A DNA stretch of 32,000 bases, taken from assembly GCF_009734345.1 (NCBI RefSeq), contig NZ_CP032551.1, positions 1,590,001-1,622,000 of the forward strand, read 5' to 3'. Positions 1 to 10,019 of this stretch are shown piece by piece (position 1 is the first letter of the stretch; every line of letters begins with the position of its first letter). The notes under the pieces were generated by a model, which was not told the DNA's origin, did not search any database, and saw nothing but the letters and a program-made list of their open reading frames with translations. Made by a program: the position numbers and the translations under genes. This DNA comes from Pseudidiomarina andamanensis. Lineage in GTDB: Bacteria > Pseudomonadota > Gammaproteobacteria > Enterobacterales > Alteromonadaceae.

Positions 1-2005
1 TTAATCGACCATAGGCATCTTGGGTTGTGACAATGGTTTCACCCGCATTATCGTAGCTATCGCCAACAACACCTTGTACTCTAGAGATAGTATCTTGCCA
101 CTGATAACTTACGCCAAACTTCCAGTTTTCGGCAAACATCGGGCGATAAGTTAAAGCTGCACGGAATAGATTCTCTGGCGTGTAGTCTTCAACGGTGGCA
201 TCGCCATCAAGCTCAAATGCTGTCGCCGCAATACTACCTTGTAAACCGGTCGCAATTTCACCAGATAGCTCCACCTCAAAACCGCTACTAGTTACCCCAT
301 CCGCAGCGCGATAGACAGTTTCTGGCGCATTGGTGTTTGGATTCGTAACGGTGCCATCTCCTACGGCTAAATTCTTCTGGGTCACGTCGAAATAGGCTGC
401 CGAGAACAAAGCACCACCGTTGAACAATTCCGCTTTAATACCAATCTCTGCTGTTTCACCCGTCAACGGTGGTAGACGATTGAAATCACGGTCACGTAAG
501 TTCTGTGCTTGGAACGTTTCGGTATATGACGCATACACTGTTGTTGCTTCGTTTAGGTTGTGAGTTAAACCAAAGTACGGAATAAATTCAGCGTCATCGC
601 GTGATTGATCCACGCCATAGCCAATACCATCGGTTTTAAATTCATTGTAACGACCACCCAACAACAATTTGGTGTCGATACCTAAACTGAAGCGCGCCTG
701 GGCGTATAGCGCTTTTTGGGTGTTGTCGATTTCACTGCCAGCCAAGCCATCAGTGAACTCAGGAAATGGTGTGTTACCGTCCCAATCTTCTAACGCAGGC
801 ATTGCTGGAAAACCATTACCAGTATGGAAGTCATACAATGACGTATCGATATAGTCTAAACGCGCGTAGTTGGCACCAAAAACGACCTGATGGTCTAAAC
901 CACCCAGTTCAAAATTACCTGAAACATAAGCATCTAAGGTGTCTTGTTGGTCATCCAGATCATACTCGCTAGCATAGCCCACAAGACCCAAACCAGTCTC
1001 CGGGTCTAACCCCACTGAAGGGTCTGGCAGATAGGTATAAAACAAGAAGCTGTCTTCATCAGTACGAACTCGGTTATAGGCGACGCGCAAGGTCCACGCT
1101 TGGTTCAATGCCGACTCAATATCGATAAAACTGCGACTTTCTTTTACGGTCCAATTTGACCAGTCTGCAGCAATGTTGACCGAACGATCAAAGTCAGTCG
1201 GGGTGCCATCACCATAATGCAGAGTGACCGCGCCCCACATATTTCCGTCGGTATCGCTGCGATGTTCACTATGACCGAGAGTAATCAATGTGTTGCTGGT
1301 TGGTGCATAATCAATGACACCATAAACAACCTGCGAGCTATTTTCGTAGCGATCAAGATACGATTCGCTGTTGTCATTCACAACAACCAACCGGCCTCGT
1401 AACGAATCCGTTAACGCACCAGAAAAATCACCTTCAATGCGTTTACCTGACCATGAACTTAGCGTTGCTGAAATGCTATTTTGAGATTCAGAGGTAGGTC
1501 GCTTGCGCACCAAGTTAACGGTTGCCGAAGGGCTACCAACACCGGTCATGATGCCATTTGCGCCATGCACAACCTCTACCCGCTCATACACAGCTGAGTC
1601 TATACGTCCATGGGTATTGCTATTAATTAACGGGAGACCTAATCCATCAATCTGAAAGTTATTGACTTCAAAGCCACGCGACGTGTAGTAAATTCGGTCG
1701 GTTTCAACTTGTTCAACATTAATCGTGGCAGAAGTTTCGAGAATTTTATTGATGTCGTTGAGGGCAAAATCACGAATTTTCTCTTGAGTGATCACAGTGA
1801 CCGTTTGCGGTGTTTCTTTCACGCTAATATCTAACTTCGAAGCCGATTGCTGATCGCTAGCGAGGTAACCACTTTGTTGCTCACCGCGAATCTCTAACCG
1901 TTCGATCGCTTCTGTGGTTTGCGGCTCAAGCGAGCTTGCGAAGGCTGACGGCATTCCCGCCAAAATGAGAGCTGAAGTTACTGCAGACAACTTGATCACG
2001 TCCAT
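1..2005 (-). CDS. TonB-dependent siderophore receptor (FhuE/PupA-like); C-terminus runs off the left edge
   Basis: Absent from the ORF track because no stop lies in the window. My manual reverse-strand translation from the ATG at 2005-2003 stays open to base 1 (about 668 codons). Signal peptide MDVIKLSAVTSALILAGMPSAFA. Plug-domain motifs ETPQTVTVITQEKIRD, YYTSRGFEVNNFQIDG and YERVEVVHGANGIMTGVGSPSATVNLVRKRP, followed by Gly/Tyr/Asp-rich barrel sequence. Confidence 0.85.
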   Translation of the reverse strand, partial: MDVIKLSAVTSALILAGMPSAFASSLEPQTTEAIERLEIRGEQQSGYLASDQQSASKLDISVKETPQTVTVITQEKIRDFALNDINKILETSATINVEQVETDRIYYTSRGFEVNNFQIDGLGLPLINSNTHGRIDSAVYERVEVVHGANGIMTGVGSPSATVNLVRKRPTSESQNSISATLSSWSGKRIEGDFSGALTDSLRGRLVVVNDNSESYLDRYENSSQVVYGVIDYAPTSNTLITLGHSEHRSDTDGNMWGAVTLHYGDGTPTDFDRSVNIAADWSNWTVKESRSFIDIESALNQAWTLRVAYNRVRTDEDSFLFYTYLPDPSVGLDPETGLGLVGYASEYDLDDQQDTLDAYVSGNFELGGLDHQVVFGANYARLDYIDTSLYDFHTGNGFPAMPALEDWDGNTPFPEFTDGLAGSEIDNTQKALYAQARFSLGIDTKLLLGGRYNEFKTDGIGYGVDQSRDDAEFIPYFGLTHNLNEATTVYASYTETFQAQNLRDRDFNRLPPLTGETAEIGIKAELFNGGALFSAAYFDVTQKNLAVGDGTVTNPNTNAPETVYRAADGVTSSGFEVELSGEIATGLQGSIAATAFELDGDATVEDYTPENLFRAALTYRPMFAENWKFGVSYQWQDTISRVQGVVGDSYDNAGETIVTTQDAYGRL

Positions 2006-2052
2006 ACCCCTATCAATATATGAAGAACAAATAGGGGAGCGATCCTAATGCA

Positions 2053-2074
2053 AATAGGAATGATTCGCAATAGC
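2053..2074 (-). promoter_or_regulatory. Weak Fur-box-like AT-rich element upstream of the siderophore receptor
   Basis: On the reverse strand it reads GCTATTGCGAATCATTCCT. This matches about 12 of 19 positions of the GATAATGATAATCATTATC consensus, including the AATCATT core. It lies 48-69 nt upstream of the receptor ATG. Confidence 0.3.
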
Positions 2075-2088
2075 GTTTTTAATTTTTA

Positions 2089-2964
2089 TTAGTTTGTCAG
2101 ATAACGAACATGGCCAATGAAGCTTCGCGCCACAGGACCAAGCGTTTCGGCGTCACGGAAATTCAAGTAAAAATTCGTGGTGCGAGTGCCGCCACGGGTA
2201 AGTTGAATAGGCACTAATAAGCCATATTGCAAGGCATTCGCAATGGCACGACGCGGCAGCCACGCAAAGCCTAGGTTTTTCTGTATCAACTCAATAGAAG
2301 TTGCTAAATGGCTCACCGTCCAGCGCTGTTCCGAGCCAAGCCAGCCAATATCCGTTTTCTTCTCAATGCCTGAGTCACGCAACACAATTTGCCGATAATG
2401 TTTCAGATCTTCAGGCGAGACATTTTTCTTCTGCGAAAGGGGATGTTCTGCACCGCAAACCGCCATAAACTCCAACTGACATAAATCTTCGCTAAGCTCG
2501 TTGGCCAAGGTAAATGGCGATAAGGCAATTTCAGCCGTCCCTTTATTTAGGAGCTCATTGGCGCCAGTTAAAATGGTTTCAATCACTTCTAAATGCACAA
2601 TTGGATATTCATTCGAGACTTCCGCGAGTGCTTGGTACAAAACGTCTTTCGGAAAGGCTTCATCGACAGCTATCGCTAGCTTTGACTCAACACCTTGCTT
2701 AAGATTTTGGGCAACGTTTTCAAGTCGTTCAGTTTCAGCGAGTAAGTAATTAATACGCCGAAGGAGCTGCTGGCCGGCATGAGTAACAAAGGTTTTGCGC
2801 CCCTGCACCTCAATGAGTTGCACGCCCAACTGCTCCTCCAATTTATTCACCGCATGGTGCACCGTCGATTGGCTTTTGTGTACGTGGTCGGCGGCCTGTT
2901 GAAAGCCACCAAAATCTGCCACTGCTTTAAACATTCGCCATTGTTCGATGGTTGAACGCGCCAT
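2089..2964 (-). CDS. LysR-family transcriptional regulator
   Basis: 291-aa ORF. N-terminal wHTH FQQAADHVHKSQSTVHHAVNKLEEQLGVQL plus a LysR substrate-binding-type C-terminal half. GGAG lies 9 nt upstream of the ATG, and the gene starts 18 nt after doxX, so it is probably co-transcribed. Confidence 0.9.
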   Translation of the reverse strand: MARSTIEQWRMFKAVADFGGFQQAADHVHKSQSTVHHAVNKLEEQLGVQLIEVQGRKTFVTHAGQQLLRRINYLLAETERLENVAQNLKQGVESKLAIAVDEAFPKDVLYQALAEVSNEYPIVHLEVIETILTGANELLNKGTAEIALSPFTLANELSEDLCQLEFMAVCGAEHPLSQKKNVSPEDLKHYRQIVLRDSGIEKKTDIGWLGSEQRWTVSHLATSIELIQKNLGFAWLPRRAIANALQYGLLVPIQLTRGGTRTTNFYLNFRDAETLGPVARSFIGHVRYLTN

Positions 2965-2982
2965 GCGTAATTCTCCGTATTG

Positions 2983-3429
2983 TTATTTTGCGAGCTTTTG
3001 CTGCAACCAGCTATCAACCGATACTTTACCTGCGCCCATAAATACTAAAGCCACGCTGACCGCAAGTAACGATAATCCGAACTCATAGCCGTTGTTACTC
3101 ATAAAGAGACCGTTGCCGATATGAACAGCAAATATTGCCACTAACATTGCAATGCTTAAAACCGCACCGGCTGGGCGAACTAAAAAGCCAACAATTAACG
3201 CTAAACCACCGAAGAATTCGGCGGCACCAGCCAAAAATGCCATCAATACGCCTGGGGCTAATCCGATACTTTCCATCCAGCCACCGGTTCCCTCTAGCCC
3301 ATAACCGCCGAACCAACCGAACAGTTTTTGCGCACCGTGAGCCATAAAAATGATGCCGACAGGGATACGTAATATAAGTGCACCCCAACCTGCGTCAGTC
3401 GTGGTTAGTTTTTTGAAAAGCTCTTTCAT
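2983..3429 (-). CDS. DoxX-family integral membrane protein
   Basis: 148-aa ORF with four hydrophobic segments. N-terminal pattern LILRIPVGIIFMAHGAQKLFGWFGGYGLEGT is typical of DoxX. Confidence 0.85.
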   Translation of the reverse strand: MKELFKKLTTTDAGWGALILRIPVGIIFMAHGAQKLFGWFGGYGLEGTGGWMESIGLAPGVLMAFLAGAAEFFGGLALIVGFLVRPAGAVLSIAMLVAIFAVHIGNGLFMSNNGYEFGLSLLAVSVALVFMGAGKVSVDSWLQQKLAK

Positions 3430-3571
3430 GTTGTCATCTCCAATGAATTAAGGGTCGTAACGACCACTACCAAATGTCGTTGGAGATACTATAGCTCAGA
3501 ATAATATCTTATAAAAATGGATAAAAATAGATATTAAGCTCGATTTAATCGAATCATTTCAGTGCCGCGCT

Positions 3572-5503
3572 TCATTCTTTTAACGAGAGTTCTTCCATGA
3601 CAGTTCTATTTCCACCACGACGCTTCGCTAAATAGAGCTGGGTGTCAGCTGTTCGAATGACATCGCTCGCTAATTGCCCAGATTTAATTGGGGCGACACC
3701 AAAGCTAATTGAGAGTGCGCCAATTCCTGAAGCGCTGTAGTTGTGTTCAATACCAAGATGCGCGATGCCGCTACGCAGGTTATCAATATAATTTGGCTGT
3801 GCGGCGAGAATTCGTTGCGGTAAAATAATTGCCAATTCTTCCCCGCCATATCTATACACACTATTTTGCTCACAGGCATTCATTAAATATTGTGCGATTT
3901 TTTGTAGCGCTTGATCACCTGCTTCGTGGCCATAATTATCGTTATATGCCTTGAAACTATCTAGATCTCCTAAAACCAATATCGACGGCTCGCTGTCAGA
4001 TTGTAGCGCCTGAGCTAAATCACGATCGAAAGCTCGACGATTAAGTAAACCCGTTAAGCCATCCATATTTGCCAGCGCTTCAAGCATTTTATTTGCTCGC
4101 GCAAGCTCGCGAGTACGCTGGTTTACTTTTTCTTCGAGCTGCTCTTGCGCCTTAATAAAGCGCTTCGCCATGGTCACAAAGGCATTCAGAGCATAGCGCA
4201 CTTCACCCTTTAATTTACCTTTTAAAGTATTGCCCGCAAGAACGTCTTTATAGTTACGGGCATCCATCATTGAGGCCACATAGGCCATTTCCGTGAGTGG
4301 TTTACTCACGTCGCGTCGAACCAGTAAATACACAACCATCAACACCAGTAATACCAGCGCAACACCGCCAACGATAAGCCGTACAGGTAAAACAGCGGCC
4401 TCGCGTTGAATATTCAGTTTTGGATAAATGGTGACATACCACCAGTTCGGATTATCGATGCGTTGGAACGTGACCACATGGTCCTCGAAAAAATCATCTA
4501 ACGTCGACGTGTTTGCGCTGAGTTCTCCACTTAAAATTTTCGCGTTAATACTTAAAAATGCTGGATCTGGATAAGTCTCAGGGGTCAGCAACGCTTGCTC
4601 TTGAACGAGATCAAACGCGATATTTGTTGCGGAGATTAACTGCCCCTGGCTATTCAGAACGAAATGCTCGGCATCTGGGCGTTGCCGCTGCGTAAGGTCA
4701 GCGAGTAATTGGCTGATGCCCACATCGAAACTAGCATTTGCGAGATGCTTTCCGGCATAGTCGATCGGCCGCTGATAAGTAATGGTCCAATAGCCTGCGG
4801 TAATATCGTAGTACAAGCCGGTCCAATTCGGTTTGCGCTCAGGGTTTTCACTCTGCAAGGTTGATTTCACGACCGAGTAATTAGTAATCACGAGGTCTTT
4901 GTCTGCGAGTAGTCCCCAGGGTTGATCTGGAGAGTACAGCATTAATATATTTTCGGGCATGGAAAAATGCGTATTAGTGACAACATGCTGCCAAGCAGGA
5001 CCTAACTCGTTGAGAATACTTAGAGCAACCGTTGACCGTAACTTTAACTCGGGTGTTATCGGGTTTGGGCGAGGCCCAACGAACGCTGACAAATACTCAA
5101 AGCGCGTGTTATCGATAGTTGTACCGCTGTGAAACGTGACTGGCAACCGCAGTACACCTGGTGATGTTTCTTCATACCACGCATCAAACGCATCAACCGC
5201 CTGCTGATAACGCCGCGAATTGGTGTCGTTATAAAACTCATAGCGCTGAACAAATCGCTCCGCCAGCACATCACCAAATGCTTCAATACGCTCAAAAAAC
5301 CGTTGATTACGTTCTATTTTTTGTGCAACGTCGCGGTTTAAATCGCTAATAAACTGATGCTTTGCGTTTTGGTAAACAACATAGAACGTCACAATCGAAC
5401 CGAAAATGACCAGACCAATCGCCCACGCACTAACACGAAGAAGGAGTCGTGTCGTTAAACGCTCAGTTGCATGTAACCTTCTGTCATTGCGGCGACGTTC
5501 CAT
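3572..5503 (-). CDS. Sensor diguanylate cyclase: TM, about 325-aa periplasmic (Cache-like?) domain, TM, coiled coil, GGDEF domain with a GGEEL signature
   Basis: 643-aa ORF with TM helices near residues 20-44 and 370-395. C-terminal GGDEF-domain motifs DGLTGLLNRRAF, DLDSFKAYNDNYGH and YRYGGEELAIILP (motif at 3833-3847). Confidence 0.85.
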   Translation of the reverse strand: MERRRNDRRLHATERLTTRLLLRVSAWAIGLVIFGSIVTFYVVYQNAKHQFISDLNRDVAQKIERNQRFFERIEAFGDVLAERFVQRYEFYNDTNSRRYQQAVDAFDAWYEETSPGVLRLPVTFHSGTTIDNTRFEYLSAFVGPRPNPITPELKLRSTVALSILNELGPAWQHVVTNTHFSMPENILMLYSPDQPWGLLADKDLVITNYSVVKSTLQSENPERKPNWTGLYYDITAGYWTITYQRPIDYAGKHLANASFDVGISQLLADLTQRQRPDAEHFVLNSQGQLISATNIAFDLVQEQALLTPETYPDPAFLSINAKILSGELSANTSTLDDFFEDHVVTFQRIDNPNWWYVTIYPKLNIQREAAVLPVRLIVGGVALVLLVLMVVYLLVRRDVSKPLTEMAYVASMMDARNYKDVLAGNTLKGKLKGEVRYALNAFVTMAKRFIKAQEQLEEKVNQRTRELARANKMLEALANMDGLTGLLNRRAFDRDLAQALQSDSEPSILVLGDLDSFKAYNDNYGHEAGDQALQKIAQYLMNACEQNSVYRYGGEELAIILPQRILAAQPNYIDNLRSGIAHLGIEHNYSASGIGALSISFGVAPIKSGQLASDVIRTADTQLYLAKRRGGNRTVMEELSLKE

Positions 5504-5549
5504 GGTAAATCTCTCTGGCTTTTTTCTTAGTTTAGATAATTATTGGCAC

Positions 5550-5578
5550 AAAAAAAGGGAGCAATCAGCTCCCTTTTT
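5550..5578. terminator. Bidirectional intrinsic terminator downstream of katG
   Basis: AAAAAAA-GGGAGC-aatca-GCTCCC-TTTTT. A GC-rich 6-bp stem (extendable to 11 bp through the A/T runs) lies 14 nt past the katG stop. Confidence 0.7.
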
Positions 5579-5591
5579 AACTTTTTCTTAA

Positions 5592-7841
<2,250 letters not shown>

Positions 7842-7848
7842 TCAGATT

Positions 7849-7867
7849 GACTATAGTAGAAATAGTC
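7849..7867. promoter_or_regulatory. Dyad GACTAT-N7-ATAGTC in the katG promoter region (possible OxyR- or PerR-type operator)
   Basis: Perfect 6-bp arms, extendable to ATTGACTAT/ATAGTCGAT with one mismatch, 41-59 nt upstream of the katG ATG. It contains a CTAT-N7-ATAG unit like OxyR half-sites. Confidence 0.3.
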
Positions 7868-7897
7868 GATTCTGCGAGGGAGTTACAAATAGGAAAA

Positions 7898-7916
7898 TTC
7901 GATTAGATCAATCGAA
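7898..7916 (-). terminator. Weak hairpin downstream of the cytochrome c gene
   Basis: TTCGATT-agatc-AATCGAA forms a 7-bp AT-rich stem. On the minus strand it is followed by TTTT. Confidence 0.3.
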
Positions 7917-7944
7917 AGTGCTGTTTTGCCAGTAAAAACGTGGT

Positions 7945-8361
7945 TCAACCACCATATTTGAGGTAAGCCATGAGCGCGTCACGGTCTTCTTGTTTTGGTA
8001 AGCCAGTGAACGGCATGCACATGTCTTTGACCATTTTTTGTGGATTTTCTAACCACTCGTAAAGCGTCGACTCTGTCCAAACAATATCATGTTGCTTCGT
8101 GGTTTCAGGAAACGTGTAACCTTCAATTGTCGCAATTTCACGATTGAATATATTGGCTAAATGAGGGCCGAAGAATTGGCTCTTGTTCGGATCCATGCTG
8201 TGGCATGCAGAACATTTGTATTTGAAAACTTTGGCACCTTTTGCAATGACGGCAGGGTCGTTTGGAATGGTTGAAGTTTGTGTTGACGATTGAGCTTGCG
8301 GCCCAATTGATTCGCAACCCAACAACAGAATCAACGGCAATATCCCAATCAACCTTTTCAC
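7945..8361 (-). CDS. Class I (mitochondrial/c2-type) cytochrome c, lipoprotein-anchored
   Basis: 138-aa ORF with a GTG start. Lipobox LILLLGC. Haem motif CSACH inside GAKVFKYKCSACHS. Downstream blocks GPHLANIF...GY.F, LYEWLENPQKMV and MPFTGL...EDRDALMAYLK are typical of cytochrome c. GAGG SD lies 7 nt upstream. Confidence 0.85.
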   Translation of the reverse strand: MKRLIGILPLILLLGCESIGPQAQSSTQTSTIPNDPAVIAKGAKVFKYKCSACHSMDPNKSQFFGPHLANIFNREIATIEGYTFPETTKQHDIVWTESTLYEWLENPQKMVKDMCMPFTGLPKQEDRDALMAYLKYGG

Positions 8362-8370
8362 AAAATACCT

Positions 8371-9141
8371 CTACTTCGTACGAATATAACGACTCAGATG
8401 ATACGCGCTCATATGAACTTCGTCATCTCGGAGTTGCTGCCGACCATTGGCCAAATAATTCGGGATGACTTGAGGGTTCAATACCGCTATTTCGGCCGAG
8501 CGACCTAAATCCGTTGTTTTCACATACCACCCAGGAAAAACCACGATACCTTTTACCGGCAGCCGCTTACCGGTGCTTTCAAAAAGTAATTTATGTAGCC
8601 ATGCGCTTGCGGCTTTAACTTGGGTAATAGCGTCTGATTGCAATGGCTTACCGCCACGCAATATTTGTTTGCCATTGTAAAATAATACCGACTTGGAATT
8701 GCTCGATTTCGACATAGTTTTCGTTTCAATCACGAACACACCAGAGCGGTGAATCACGACATGATCGAGGTTAAAGTTTTCACCTTCAATATCGTGAAAT
8801 ACTTGCGCACCATCCAAACGAAGCCGCTCAAGAAATTGACCTACCGCTTTTTCGCCGTCGCGGCCGAGTTTGATTTTATTTGTTTCTTTAAAGGCTTTTG
8901 CAAGACGAACGCCAAAGAAAATCGCTGCAACACCACAAATAACAGAAATTGTGACTGCGTCAGGCTTTGCATCACTAAGTGCATATATCCACGAAAAGGT
9001 AACTGCCAGAAAAAGGATAATTAAAACCATAAAATTGAAAATTACGCCGTCTAAAGCGACATCGATTAGACGCCGATCAAGTGATTCACCAGGATTTCTC
9101 AGGGGCTTATCTTTGAGGGGTGAAATTTTCTGACTTTTCAT
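8371..9141 (-). CDS. Membrane-anchored NERD (nuclease-related) domain protein
   Basis: 256-aa ORF with two N-terminal TM segments. NERD-type core GRDGEKAVGQFLERL...GAQVFHDI...NLDHVVIHRSGVFVIETKT. Its TAG stop overlaps the SD of the cytochrome c gene. Confidence 0.8.
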   Translation of the reverse strand: MKSQKISPLKDKPLRNPGESLDRRLIDVALDGVIFNFMVLIILFLAVTFSWIYALSDAKPDAVTISVICGVAAIFFGVRLAKAFKETNKIKLGRDGEKAVGQFLERLRLDGAQVFHDIEGENFNLDHVVIHRSGVFVIETKTMSKSSNSKSVLFYNGKQILRGGKPLQSDAITQVKAASAWLHKLLFESTGKRLPVKGIVVFPGWYVKTTDLGRSAEIAVLNPQVIPNYLANGRQQLRDDEVHMSAYHLSRYIRTK

Positions 9142-9317
9142 GGCTACTCCTTAGCGCTTCTTTCACTATTTAATAGCGTGAACAAAATTAAATGTCCATT
9201 AATCTACAAAAATGGCGGGCTGTATCAACTTGTTAGGTCGCCAATTTGATGGAAATTTCCTAAACTACGTCACAGTTACTTTACGAAACAACAGTTCGAC
9301 TGAAAAGAGACTCCCAC

Positions 9318-9947
9318 ATGCCACTACACGTGATCAAACACCCGCTGATTCAGCACAAACTTGGTTTAATGCGCGAAGCAGATATTTCAACCAAGAGCTT
9401 TCGTGAATTAGCCAATGAACTTGGTAGCTTACTGACTTATGAAGCGACGAAAGACTTCGAATTAGAACCACATACGATTAACGGCTGGAGTGGCGAATCG
9501 ATTGAAGTTGAAAAACTCAAGGGCAAAAAAGTCACAGTGGTACCTATCTTGCGTGCGGGAATTGGCATGCTGGATGGCGTACTCGATTTAATTCCCAGCG
9601 CAAAGGTGAGTGTCGTTGGCTTATATCGCAATGAAGAAACCTTAAAGCCGGTGCCCTATTTCCAAAAGTTGGTAAAAGACATCGACCAACGCACAGCTTT
9701 GGTGATTGACCCAATGTTAGCAACGGGCGGCACGATGGTGGCGACACTCGATATGTTGAAACAACATGGCTGCAAAGATGCGCGAGTTTTAGTGCTCGTT
9801 GCTGCGCCAGAAGGTGTGGATAAAGTTCTCGAAGCGCATCCAGATATCCACATTTATACCGCTGCACTTGATTCACATTTAAATGAACACGGCTATATTG
9901 TTCCTGGCTTGGGCGATGCCGGCGATAAGATATTCGGCACCCGATAA
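9318..9947 (+). CDS. upp: Uracil phosphoribosyltransferase
   Basis: 209-aa [27 protein letters not shown]-binding loop [12 protein letters not shown] and C-terminal [16 protein letters not shown] are canonical Upp blocks. Confidence 0.95.
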   Translation: MPLHVIKHPLIQHKLGLMREADISTKSFRELANELGSLLTYEATKDFELEPHTINGWSGESIEVEKLKGKKVTVVPILRAGIGMLDGVLDLIPSAKVSVVGLYRNEETLKPVPYFQKLVKDIDQRTALVIDPMLATGGTMVATLDMLKQHGCKDARVLVLVAAPEGVDKVLEAHPDIHIYTAALDSHLNEHGYIVPGLGDAGDKIFGTR

Positions 9948-9962
9948 ATTGTTTAACTTTTG

Positions 9963-10006
9963 TTGACGTTTGCCGAAAAAAAATACTATAAAAGGGCAAA
10001 CGTCAA
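9963..10006 (+). other. Perfect 12-bp inverted repeat between upp and the 10020 operon; candidate upp terminator hairpin and/or operator overlapping promoter-like hexamers
   Basis: TTGACGTTTGCC (9963-9974) and GGCAAACGTCAA (9995-10006) with a 20-nt A-rich spacer. The left arm contains TTGACG, and TATAAA lies 18 nt downstream (9987-9992). There is no T-run after the stem. Confidence 0.45.
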
Positions 10007-10019
10007 AAAAAGTTAAGCT

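Noticed and set aside
8371-9141. The NERD protein as part of a phage-defence island
   Set aside because: The flanking genes are katG, cytochrome c and upp. There are no helicase, methylase, Abi or other defence-type neighbours and no mobility genes, so a defence-island interpretation is unsupported.
9544-9999. 151-aa minus-strand ORF overlapping upp
   Set aside because: It is antisense to a near-canonical upp. Its composition is Arg/Cys/Ser-rich and it has no motif.
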